From: Myxococcota bacterium
Lineage (GTDB): Bacteria; Myxococcota_A; Bradymonadia; UBA7976; UBA1532
Direction: 5' to 3'
DNA: 64,000 nt
NCBI GenBank assembly: GCA_036337435.1
Contig: JAYZEG010000037.1
Location: forward strand, 64,001-128,000
A model generated the notes under the pieces. That model had not been told where the DNA came from and ran no database searches. It saw only the letters and a list, made by a program, of their open reading frames with translations. A program made the position numbers and the translations under genes. Shown here in pieces: positions 26,743-35,927 of the stretch. Each line of letters starts with the position of its first letter. The stretch's first letter is position 1.

Positions 26743-29700
26743 ATGAAACGCATTGGAATTGTGAATCGCGGCGAACCAGCGATTCGTTTTCTCAACGCAC
26801 TTGATGCGCTGAGGCGAGAAGAAGAAAATGCACCTGAGTCGGTCGCACTTTATACAGATGCGGATCTAAATTCAGTCTATGTCCGGTCCGCCGACCATGG
26901 GGTCCGAATTGGTGAGGGACGATCCGCTTATCTGGATGCCGATGCCGTGATATTCGGGCTTAAAGAGACAGAGTGTGACGCAGCTTGGCTCGGTTGGGGC
27001 TTCGCATCCGAAGACGGCGAATTTTGTGCTGCTCTGGAAGCGGCTGGAATTACCTTACTGGCCCCTCGCCCTCAGGTCATGAACGACCTTGGGGATAAGA
27101 TACAAGCGAAGCAACTGGCCGAGAAATACCAAGTACCCGTGGCACCTTGGGCGATTGTAACGGACCCAGAAAAAGCGACGGATGCCGCAGTTGAGATCGG
27201 TTTCCCCCTGCTGCTAAAGGCCGCGGGGGGTGGCGGCGGACGAGGGATCCGTCTGGTCAATGAAGCCAGTGAGCTGGTCGACCAATTTGTATCTGCACGA
27301 GATGAAGCTATGCGCTCATTTAAGAGTGCTGGTGTGTTCATGGAGAAGTTCGTTAGACGTGCACGGCATATCGAAGTTCAGGTTCTCGGTGATGGGGACG
27401 GGCAGGTTAAAATTCTCGGCGTTCGAGATTGCTCGTTGCAAAGACGCCGACAAAAGGTCATCGAGGAATGTCCCGCACCAGCCTTACCAGACGCCGTCTA
27501 TACCGCCTGTACAGAAGCCGCCGAACGCCTTTGTTCTGCTGTCCATTATCGGAGTGCTGGCACAGTCGAATTCTTGTACGACCTCGATGCCAATCAGCCA
27601 TACTTTCTTGAGGTCAATACACGCCTTCAAGTTGAGCATCCCGTCACGGAAGAAGTCTTCGGAGTCGACCTAGTTCGAGCGCAAATTGAGCTCGCTCGGG
27701 GTGGGTCTCTTGATGATATTCAGATGAATCAGCGAGGGTGGGCAGTCGAGGCACGAGTGTGTGCGGAGGACGCCTATAACAACTTTATGCCAGCACCTGG
27801 GCGTCTGGTTCGGTTCGTACTGCCATCTGGCCCCGGATTACGCGTCGATACCGGCTTTAACGAAGGAGACAGCATCTCTGCAGACTTTGATCCGCTGATC
27901 GCCAAGGTCATTGCATGGGGTCCAAATCGGAACGTTGCAATCGCTCGCCTATCGAGGGCACTCGAGCAGACACGCATCGTCGTCGAAGGTGGTACGAGTA
28001 ACCTCTCTTTTCTCAGGGCACTGCTGTCCCGCGAGGATTTCCGCAACGGCGATGTCGACATTGGACTGGTTGACCGATTACGCGTTGACCCGCCCGTCGG
28101 GGCAGGCGTCGCGATGATGGCCGCTGCAATCGATCGATTTTTAGCGAAAGGTGACCGCGCGCAAGGTGCCGAACGCCACCGAGTTGATGCAGGTGAAACC
28201 TTCCATGTTTATCGCCTTGGTGCAGAGGAATTCCGCTTGCATGGGTCGGGCGGTCGCCTGAATGTGTCTTACGTTGCCGATGGACCCTACCAAAGTTGGA
28301 TTACCGTTGAATCTAGACGATATCGAGTAGAGAGAGCACCAGGTGACATCAACTATTCGGTAGACGGTGTGCCACATCGTGTAGCCGAGTCGTCCGGAGG
28401 ACTGGTGGCAGCACCCTCTGCCGCACTGGTGCTGAAGGTGCCCGTCAATGTCGGAGACATGGTGACTGCTGGAGATGTCGTAATCATCCTGGAATCCATG
28501 AAAATGGAAGTCCGGGTCGATGCACCGATCACAGGCGTCATCAGCGAAATTCTCGTCCAGAGCGGTGGCCAGGTCAAGAGTGGGCAGGCGCTCATCATGA
28601 TCGAAGCTGACGACGATGACGAAAAGGATACCCAGGGACAGACCGCAACATTACCATGGGAATCCAACGACGAAAAAATTGCTCAGGCTGGACCCCGAGT
28701 AAAATCAGCCGTCGTCGGCTGGGATTTTCAATCGCAAGAGCTCAAGACGGACATTACGTCGATCACAGCAGACGTCGCCGAGGGGATTCTACAGTCCTTT
28801 GCTGATGTCGCGGAATTATTTGAACGAAGACCGACCCGACAAAAAGATGGCGGCAGCGGTGCAACTGACGCGGTCTCACCAGATGTTTGGATGGCCACCC
28901 TGGAAGAGCGTGGTCAAAGCGGCCTGTCGAGTGAACGAAAGGCAATTCTCGAAGCGAGTGTTGCCCGCTTTGGTGTCGAAAGTCTCGAACCATCAGACGC
29001 GCGGGACGATGCGATCATGCGGCTGAAACGAGCAGGTGAAGCTTTGCCGGAGACCATACCGGCTGCCGTTATGGCCTTAAAGCAGCTGGAAGAAGCCCCC
29101 ATTCAGTTACTCGATCGTTTGACAGACTTAGATCCGTCTCGTTTCGGCCCGGTCATCGAAGCGGCAGATCGTGCTCGATATGTCTTATTCGAGCGTCTCG
29201 CGCATATTCGACTCTTGGCCCGAGCAGAACACCGCGCGCGCGCACTCTTGAGTTGGCTACGCGAAGGTGAAGCCGATTGGAATGAGGTTTTGCAAGCACC
29301 CGAGTCCCTCGTTCCCGGATTTGCACCTGAAGCGGCTCAAGGGTGTGCCATCGCAGCGGAAGCTGTTGCGCGACGACTGGAATGGCAAGATGACGCGACT
29401 GAGGTGCTTCGATTTGAACTGGGAGACAGGCCGGCATTCCGGATCATCAACGGAGAGAAGGTTGTGGTCTGTGTGACAGCACTGCCATCCGAGACCAAAG
29501 CCTTGCTGGATGCAGCGCGAGGGGAACCGTCGATGGATCGACTCGATGTCGTATTGGCCCCGGAAGCCGATGAAGACCCACACCTTATCCTCGACGGCCT
29601 GGTCAAAGACATCGAACAGGGGCCCAATGGCTTACCGAGCTGGCATGAGCTGTGTTTGGTTGCCGTCTCTGGGAATCGAACAGCCGTACGGCGGTTTTAT

Positions 29701-31944
29701 GCTGACGGCAGCGAACGGACCGATAGGCGAGATGTCACACCAAGCACCGCTCGTCGACTAGATCTGGATCGGTTATCACGTTTCGACTTCCAGCGGATGC
29801 CCAGTGACGAAGATGTGGTCCTGTTCTTGGCCAAAGCCTGGGAGAATTCCAGAGACATTCGATTCCTTGCGTATGGGGAAGTGAGGTCGCTGGAAAGGGC
29901 TCCAGGATCCCCCCTACATTTACCCCACGTAGAAAGGGTTTTTCACGCTGCTGTACGATCCATAGAGGCCGCTCGAGATCTTCATGACCCAAGGCGCCGG
30001 AATCAGTGGAATCGAATTACGTTAAGCCTGGTGCCTATCGTACCATTGGCCTTGGATGTGATGCGCGACTACATAGAACGTCTCATTCCTGCCGCCCTCG
30101 CAATCGGGCTTGAGAAGGTGGTCGTTCGGGCGCGATTCAAAGATGATGCCCATGAAAATGGCATCACACCACTCATGGATTTGTCCATAAGCCGGAGACC
30201 GGGTGGTGAACATATTGACTTTAGAATCACACCTGCATCACACCGACCACTTATGCCACTGACCGAATATGAGAGCCGAATCGTCGCGGCTCGGAGACGG
30301 GGTCTGACCCATCCGTACGAGGTTGTGGAACTTCTTGAATCGAGTCCAGACTTTCCAAGTGGCAAATTCGAGGAATACGACCTAGACGAAGGTGGTCGCT
30401 TGCGGCGAGTCGCCGATCGGCCAAGGGGCGGCAATGAGAGTGGCGTCGTATTCGGTGTCATTCGGAGTCGCTCCCACGCTTTGAATACATCGCTCACGCG
30501 GGTATTGCTGCTTTCGGATCCCACACGTCGGATGGGTGCCTTGGCAGAGCCAGAATGCAGACGTATCGTATCCGCACTCGAACTCGCTGAGCGTTTGAAC
30601 GTGCCTGTTGAATGGGTGGCGGTCAGCGCGGGCGCGCGCATCGATTGGGATAGCGGGACAGAAAATCTCGATTGGACGGCGCAGGTGCTGGCAAAGATCA
30701 TCCACTTCACTCAAACCGGGGGCGAAATCAACATTCTCGTTCCGGGCATTTGCGTCGGTGCACAGGCGTATTGGAATGCAGAAGCCACCATGATGATGCA
30801 TAACCGAGGTCTGCTGATCATGACTGACCAGGGCACGATGGTTCTCACAGGCAAACGCGCGTTGGATTTTTCCGGCTGTGTCTCCGCAGAGGATGACCTC
30901 GCACTGGGTGGCTACACGGCGATTATGGGTCCCAATGGGCAAGCACAAGCGCATGCTGTCGATTTGGGTGGCGCCTACGACTTACTCTATCGCTACTACC
31001 AGCATACCTATGTTCCACCGGGCCAAAAGCGTCCGCCGAGGATTAAGACGATGGACCCTGACGAACGGGATTTCTCGCAAATTAAATATCCAAACGATTT
31101 GGGTCACGGCTTCGAATACATTGGAGAAATTTTTTCTAAAGACCATAACCCCGACCGAAAACGTCCATTCGCGATCCGGCCCGTCATGGCCGCATTAACC
31201 GATCAAGATACGTCTCCTGTCGAGCGCTGGTCTGCCATGCATGGCGCGGAAACCTGCGTGGTTTGGGAAGCCCGCATCGGTGGATACAGTGCCATGGTTC
31301 TTGGCATCGAAAACCAACCTTTTGAACGCCTTGGGCAACGGGTCGCCGGCGGCCCAGACACATTGGCCGGTGGCACCCTCTATCCACAAGCATCAAGAAA
31401 AATTGCCCGCGCAATCAACGCGGCAAGTGGCTTTAGACCCCTGGTGGTTCTCGCCAATTTATCCGGTTTCGACGGGTCGCCTGAGTCTTTGAGGCACTGG
31501 CAACTGGAATACGGGGCTGAGATCGGACGGGCTATCACAAATTTCGACGGACCCGTCGTATTTGTGATTCTGTCCCGATATCACGGCGGCGCTTATGTTG
31601 TGTTTTCAAAGGCATTAAATCCGAAGTTAAAATCGGTTGCGTTGGAAGGCAGCTATGCATCTGTCATTGGAGGTGCCCCTGCCGCGGCCGTTGTATTTGC
31701 AGGCGATGTACGAAAACGCGCCCTCGAATTGGGTGGTGATGATGATGCAAAAAACCAAGCCACCAGCGAGTTGGCTGCTCGTTTTGACTCGATTCATTCC
31801 GTTCAAAGGGCCAAAGAGGTCGGGTCAATCGACGACATCATTCAACCGTCTCAGCTCAGGCAATACATCATCAATGTTCTGTCAGATGATGCCAATGAGA
31901 TGGGTATCGCTCAGCCGGTGACGATTCCACCAAGTGTTGTATGA
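26743..31944 (+). CDS. Single-chain biotin-dependent acyl/acetyl-CoA carboxylase (BC-BCCP-central-CT)
   Basis: BC: NRGE, KAAGGGGGRGIR, RDCSLQRR.QK, LEVNTRLQVEHPVTE. Biotin site ESMKM. Long central region. CT: SAGARI, LTGKRAL, LANLSGFDG, HGGAYVV. Start moved to ATG 26743. Confidence 0.92.
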   Translation: MKRIGIVNRGEPAIRFLNALDALRREEENAPESVALYTDADLNSVYVRSADHGVRIGEGRSAYLDADAVIFGLKETECDAAWLGWGFASEDGEFCAALEAAGITLLAPRPQVMNDLGDKIQAKQLAEKYQVPVAPWAIVTDPEKATDAAVEIGFPLLLKAAGGGGGRGIRLVNEASELVDQFVSARDEAMRSFKSAGVFMEKFVRRARHIEVQVLGDGDGQVKILGVRDCSLQRRRQKVIEECPAPALPDAVYTACTEAAERLCSAVHYRSAGTVEFLYDLDANQPYFLEVNTRLQVEHPVTEEVFGVDLVRAQIELARGGSLDDIQMNQRGWAVEARVCAEDAYNNFMPAPGRLVRFVLPSGPGLRVDTGFNEGDSISADFDPLIAKVIAWGPNRNVAIARLSRALEQTRIVVEGGTSNLSFLRALLSREDFRNGDVDIGLVDRLRVDPPVGAGVAMMAAAIDRFLAKGDRAQGAERHRVDAGETFHVYRLGAEEFRLHGSGGRLNVSYVADGPYQSWITVESRRYRVERAPGDINYSVDGVPHRVAESSGGLVAAPSAALVLKVPVNVGDMVTAGDVVIILESMKMEVRVDAPITGVISEILVQSGGQVKSGQALIMIEADDDDEKDTQGQTATLPWESNDEKIAQAGPRVKSAVVGWDFQSQELKTDITSITADVAEGILQSFADVAELFERRPTRQKDGGSGATDAVSPDVWMATLEERGQSGLSSERKAILEASVARFGVESLEPSDARDDAIMRLKRAGEALPETIPAAVMALKQLEEAPIQLLDRLTDLDPSRFGPVIEAADRARYVLFERLAHIRLLARAEHRARALLSWLREGEADWNEVLQAPESLVPGFAPEAAQGCAIAAEAVARRLEWQDDATEVLRFELGDRPAFRIINGEKVVVCVTALPSETKALLDAARGEPSMDRLDVVLAPEADEDPHLILDGLVKDIEQGPNGLPSWHELCLVAVSGNRTAVRRFYADGSERTDRRDVTPSTARRLDLDRLSRFDFQRMPSDEDVVLFLAKAWENSRDIRFLAYGEVRSLERAPGSPLHLPHVERVFHAAVRSIEAARDLHDPRRRNQWNRITLSLVPIVPLALDVMRDYIERLIPAALAIGLEKVVVRARFKDDAHENGITPLMDLSISRRPGGEHIDFRITPASHRPLMPLTEYESRIVAARRRGLTHPYEVVELLESSPDFPSGKFEEYDLDEGGRLRRVADRPRGGNESGVVFGVIRSRSHALNTSLTRVLLLSDPTRRMGALAEPECRRIVSALELAERLNVPVEWVAVSAGARIDWDSGTENLDWTAQVLAKIIHFTQTGGEINILVPGICVGAQAYWNAEATMMMHNRGLLIMTDQGTMVLTGKRALDFSGCVSAEDDLALGGYTAIMGPNGQAQAHAVDLGGAYDLLYRYYQHTYVPPGQKRPPRIKTMDPDERDFSQIKYPNDLGHGFEYIGEIFSKDHNPDRKRPFAIRPVMAALTDQDTSPVERWSAMHGAETCVVWEARIGGYSAMVLGIENQPFERLGQRVAGGPDTLAGGTLYPQASRKIARAINAASGFRPLVVLANLSGFDGSPESLRHWQLEYGAEIGRAITNFDGPVVFVILSRYHGGAYVVFSKALNPKLKSVALEGSYASVIGGAPAAAVVFAGDVRKRALELGGDDDAKNQATSELAARFDSIHSVQRAKEVGSIDDIIQPSQLRQYIINVLSDDANEMGIAQPVTIPPSVV

Positions 31945-32681
31945 GCGAGTCTTTTTACTCAGCCGGTTTTAGACTCATTGGCACTCAGCCTGAGACTGCA
32001 GCACGTTTCATCATTACCTGTGAACACGCCTCCAATGCTGTCTCAAGGCACAGCACAACGCCATCTGATCAGCGCTTATTGCAAATGCATTGGGGCTACG
32101 ATCTGGGCGCTGCGGCGTTGACGCAATCTCTCTGCGACGCCTTCGACAGTATCGGCGTTCTCGGGACGGAAAGTCGGCTTGTCATCGACGTCAATCGGCA
32201 CCCAAACTCAGACACATTAATCGTATCTCATTGCGACGCTATCCCGGTCTCTTTTAACCAGAACATCAGTCCTGAAGATCGAGCTTGGCGCATGGCACTC
32301 TACGCGTCTTTTCATTCAGGAGTGAGCCGGGCTGTCGCCTCACAGAAAAAAATAAACCCGGACATCAAGCTCATCTCCATCCACAGTTTTACACCCGTAT
32401 GGGCCGGTGTCGAACGACCGATGGAAGTGGGTATTTTATTCGACCATGATGAGAACAAAGCAAAAGACCTGGCTGCTATTTTAGAAAAAAATGGCATTAA
32501 GACCGCGCTCAATGCCCCCTATTCAGGCTTGACTGGCGAGTTGATGTATTCAGCCAACCATCACGGTCAAAATAACGCCATCCCTTATATTGAATTTGAG
32601 GTACGTCAGGATATTTTGCAAAGCCCTGAGTCATATGCACGCGTCTTGAGTGCTTTAGTCGATGCACTGAATGCGTTCTAG
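31941..32681 (+). CDS. N-formylglutamate amidohydrolase family protein
   Basis: TCEHASN, HWGYD.G, SRLVIDVNR, SIHSFTP, N.PYSG, EVRQD; ATGA overlap with the carboxylase. Confidence 0.88.
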   Translation: MSESFYSAGFRLIGTQPETAARFIITCEHASNAVSRHSTTPSDQRLLQMHWGYDLGAAALTQSLCDAFDSIGVLGTESRLVIDVNRHPNSDTLIVSHCDAIPVSFNQNISPEDRAWRMALYASFHSGVSRAVASQKKINPDIKLISIHSFTPVWAGVERPMEVGILFDHDENKAKDLAAILEKNGIKTALNAPYSGLTGELMYSANHHGQNNAIPYIEFEVRQDILQSPESYARVLSALVDALNAF

Positions 32682-32756
32682 CGTCGTGCGAAAGACAGAC
32701 GTATGCTATGGCCATCGAACGCTTGTCGAGCAGATACACAGATAGGACAAATTCGG

Positions 32757-34565
32757 ATGAGAACACCAGTTTACGTTTTGTTGACTTTGGCCATGGCGCT
32801 CATTCAAAGCGCCTGCGACTCCTCGGGGAGTGAATCAGCAAATCAAGCCGATATGCAAACGACTGCCGATTCCAGTATTCAAACCGACGTGCAAATCGAC
32901 ATGCAAGTCGACATGCAGCCAGTGCCAACCCCAGACCTTGATGTCAGTCAAACATCCATAAGTCTGGTGGGGCGTGCCGGCATGCCAAGTGCACCGGGCA
33001 CTCTCACTCTGAGCAATGTGGGAGATGCACCGCTGACCATTGATGGGTTGACGCTGCAACCGCAACGGGAGGCTCAATATTTTGAGATTTCTGGCCTTAC
33101 AGATGTGCCTTACATATTGGAACCAGGCACCAGTCTTGAGCTCGAAATCGTCTATCTAGCTCCCGATGCAGCGAACCACGAAGCGACACTGACGATTTCC
33201 AGCGATGACCCAAATGCAATGTCTTATCCGGTCCAACTCATTGGACGAGTCGAACAAAATTGTATCAATGCGCGTCCCAGTTCAGTTGATGTTGGTTCCG
33301 TCGATGCAGGTATCCGCAGTGGTCAGTTTGAATTTACCATCATTAACTGCGGCGATACGGTTCGGACGATATCGACAATCGTCCTTGATGGAGACGAAGA
33401 TTTCAGCTGGTCATCGCGTTCAGGAACCGAACTTGCCGGGACCGTGCTCGAGCGAGGAGACTCACTATCACTGAGCATTCAGTACACAAATAATCGCTTG
33501 ATTCCGGGCGAGGTGGCGACAGGCCGACTCTTCATTTCCTTTAGGGAAATGGACAGCGAATCCCTCTCCATTCCCCTCACTGCGCGGGGCGGCAGTGGTC
33601 AGCGCTGTCTGATTCGGGCAGACCCCGGTAACCTCGATTTCGAAATTGTGCGGATCAGTAGGCAGAGGGTTTTAGATATCGTCGTCACGAATCACGGGAC
33701 GGGCCCCTGTGACCTCAGAGACGTTGCCGTCGAGCAAACGGCGGGCGAAGAGGCAAATGGGTTTACGATTTCTCAAACCATTGAGCTCGGCATGATGCCA
33801 CCGATGACATCTCGGACGCTGTCCGTAACCTATGCACCCACCATACCAAATCCAGTCGGCGAGAGAGGTGTTTTAACGGTTGCCTATTTCGATGAGTTCG
33901 CCAATATGAACCGCGCAGAAGAGGTTTTACTTCGCGGCTCCGGTGCCCGCGCAATGGTCGGCTCTGTTCCGGAGGTCATCGACTTTGATGAAACAACGTC
34001 GACCACCTGTGCATCAAGACAACGGCGCATCGGTGCTGAGAACGTCGGCTTTGTTCCAATCTGCGCCTACAGCTATGCGCTATCCGGGGAAGATTGCGCT
34101 CAATTCGAGTTGTTGGAAACACCTGATTTTGGAGATTGCCTGGCCCTCGAACGCGGTGAGTCGGCGGCATTTCTCGTCCAATTTGAGCCCACCACAACGG
34201 GCCGGCAAGATTGTGAAATCAACGTAACAACCGATGCTCAAAACACCGAGGTCGCCACACTACGGATCACCGGGACGGGCACCGAGACAGACGCTCGAGT
34301 AGACGAACATGAGGTTGGCCGACTCAATCAGGAGAGAGATGCGAGATGGACGTTGCGCCTGGCCGCTGTCGCCGCAAGTGTGCAAGTGTTTGTCGACGAT
34401 CAATTGTACAACCAAGATCGACCTCTGCAGCCCTGCGAAGAGAACTGCGTGTCTTACGAGGCAGACGAAAACCGCATTGTGTTTGAACCGGAACACCACC
34501 CGCCTCGGGGTGCAACTCTTCGCATCGAATACGACGCGCAGTGCTTCGACCGAGTCGAAGACTAA
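32757..34565 (+). CDS. Surface lipoprotein with ~4 Ig-like (choice-of-anchor D/ASH-type) domains
   Basis: Lipobox QSAC; repeats of L.N.G...L.I...L.PG....L.I.Y.P....ATL.I.SDDP. Start moved to ATG 32757. Confidence 0.78.
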   Translation: MRTPVYVLLTLAMALIQSACDSSGSESANQADMQTTADSSIQTDVQIDMQVDMQPVPTPDLDVSQTSISLVGRAGMPSAPGTLTLSNVGDAPLTIDGLTLQPQREAQYFEISGLTDVPYILEPGTSLELEIVYLAPDAANHEATLTISSDDPNAMSYPVQLIGRVEQNCINARPSSVDVGSVDAGIRSGQFEFTIINCGDTVRTISTIVLDGDEDFSWSSRSGTELAGTVLERGDSLSLSIQYTNNRLIPGEVATGRLFISFREMDSESLSIPLTARGGSGQRCLIRADPGNLDFEIVRISRQRVLDIVVTNHGTGPCDLRDVAVEQTAGEEANGFTISQTIELGMMPPMTSRTLSVTYAPTIPNPVGERGVLTVAYFDEFANMNRAEEVLLRGSGARAMVGSVPEVIDFDETTSTTCASRQRRIGAENVGFVPICAYSYALSGEDCAQFELLETPDFGDCLALERGESAAFLVQFEPTTTGRQDCEINVTTDAQNTEVATLRITGTGTETDARVDEHEVGRLNQERDARWTLRLAAVAASVQVFVDDQLYNQDRPLQPCEENCVSYEADENRIVFEPEHHPPRGATLRIEYDAQCFDRVED

Positions 34566-35365
34566 CCTGCCGTGGATACGGACCGATTTAATGCATCCCG
34601 AAGGCGCCCAACGCGCTGTGGACAGACGGGCCTCCGCCAATCTCCATCTTCCTTGATAGAACTCCCAACGATCAAGGCGTCGACTAACTGGCCGTACAGA
34701 TGGATATTATCCGCGGTAATGCCAGACCCGATGGCCAGCGGACAAGTGGAACGCTCGAGAGCAGAGAGGCTCTCAGGTGCAGGCGCACACCCTGTTCGTG
34801 ACCCGGTAATGATGACGGCATCAGCACCGCAAAATTCAGCCCCATGAATCCAGTCATTCAAGGTTAAATCAGCTGTGACTGAATGAGCAGAATGCTTTTT
34901 TTGAATGTCTGCCCAAATCTGGACCTCCGCATCCAAATTCTGCCGCTTCCGCAACAACTCGCCAGCACATGCATCAAGCCAACCTTCATCGGCGACATGA
35001 GCATAGGCGAACCCCTCGACACGAATGAACGCCGCGCCTGTCACGTGGGCGATTGCAAGCGCATCCGTATTGGCACCAGCGAGAACTTGAACACCGGTCG
35101 GAACGCCGAACCCGACGATGGCCTTGGTCGCCAAAGTCATGGCGGCAACGGTTTCAGGATAGACTGAGCCTTTGAGATAAGGCACGTCGCCCATGTTCTC
35201 TACGATGAGGCCGTCCACGCCATTTTGAACAAGGCGTTCTGCATCTACGCAGGCACTGTCGATGATAGCGTCAATGGACCCACCCCAACCATGACTACCC
35301 GGCAACGGCTTTAGATGAACCATCCCAATCAGACTGGCATGGGTATTTTTGAAGAGATGACGCAT
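34562..35365 (-). CDS. BtpA/SgcQ family protein
   Basis: IGMVHL.PLPG, VENMGDVPY, ADIQKKH, ADAVIITG..TG, GSGIT, IVGS. Confidence 0.9.
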   Translation of the reverse strand: MRHLFKNTHASLIGMVHLKPLPGSHGWGGSIDAIIDSACVDAERLVQNGVDGLIVENMGDVPYLKGSVYPETVAAMTLATKAIVGFGVPTGVQVLAGANTDALAIAHVTGAAFIRVEGFAYAHVADEGWLDACAGELLRKRQNLDAEVQIWADIQKKHSAHSVTADLTLNDWIHGAEFCGADAVIITGSRTGCAPAPESLSALERSTCPLAIGSGITADNIHLYGQLVDALIVGSSIKEDGDWRRPVCPQRVGRLRDALNRSVSTAG

Positions 35366-35501
35366 GAGTCTAGACCTCCCATGATCTACGCCCATTTGAG
35401 ACAAAATTCGGGATATTTTCACGCAAATATTAATTTTACACTCGCTTTGTCGACTCGCGCGAGTATATTCGCCCGGATATAACTGATCATCACGGCCGCT
35501 T

Positions 35502-35927
35502 ATGCGTTTTTTGCATTCAATGATTCGGGTTTTAGACCTCGATGCTGCCCTGGACTTTTTCTGCGGAGGACTCGGCCTTGTCGAGGTCAGGCGAAGAGAC
35601 TCCGAAAGGGGACGATTTACGCTCGTTTTTCTGGAGACCGACGCGACCGATGACCCCGCGCAGATCGAGCTGACATATAATTGGGACCAGACTGAGCCCT
35701 ACGGAGGCGGTCGAAATTTCGGGCATCTTGCCTTCGAAGTGGACGATATCTACTCGGTTTGCCAGCATTTAAGCGCTCGCGGTGTCAGCATTGCACGTCC
35801 GCCACGCGACGGGCGGATGGCGTTTGTGCGAAGTCCCGATGGAATTTCTGTGGAACTGCTGCAAAAAGGCAATGCTCTGCCCATTTCAGACCCTTGGGCA
35901 ACGATGGAGAACTCTGGAACATGGTAA
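35502..35927 (+). CDS. gloA: Lactoylglutathione lyase (glyoxalase I, VOC family)
   Basis: [35 protein letters not shown]. Confidence 0.9.
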   Translation: MRFLHSMIRVLDLDAALDFFCGGLGLVEVRRRDSERGRFTLVFLETDATDDPAQIELTYNWDQTEPYGGGRNFGHLAFEVDDIYSVCQHLSARGVSIARPPRDGRMAFVRSPDGISVELLQKGNALPISDPWATMENSGTW

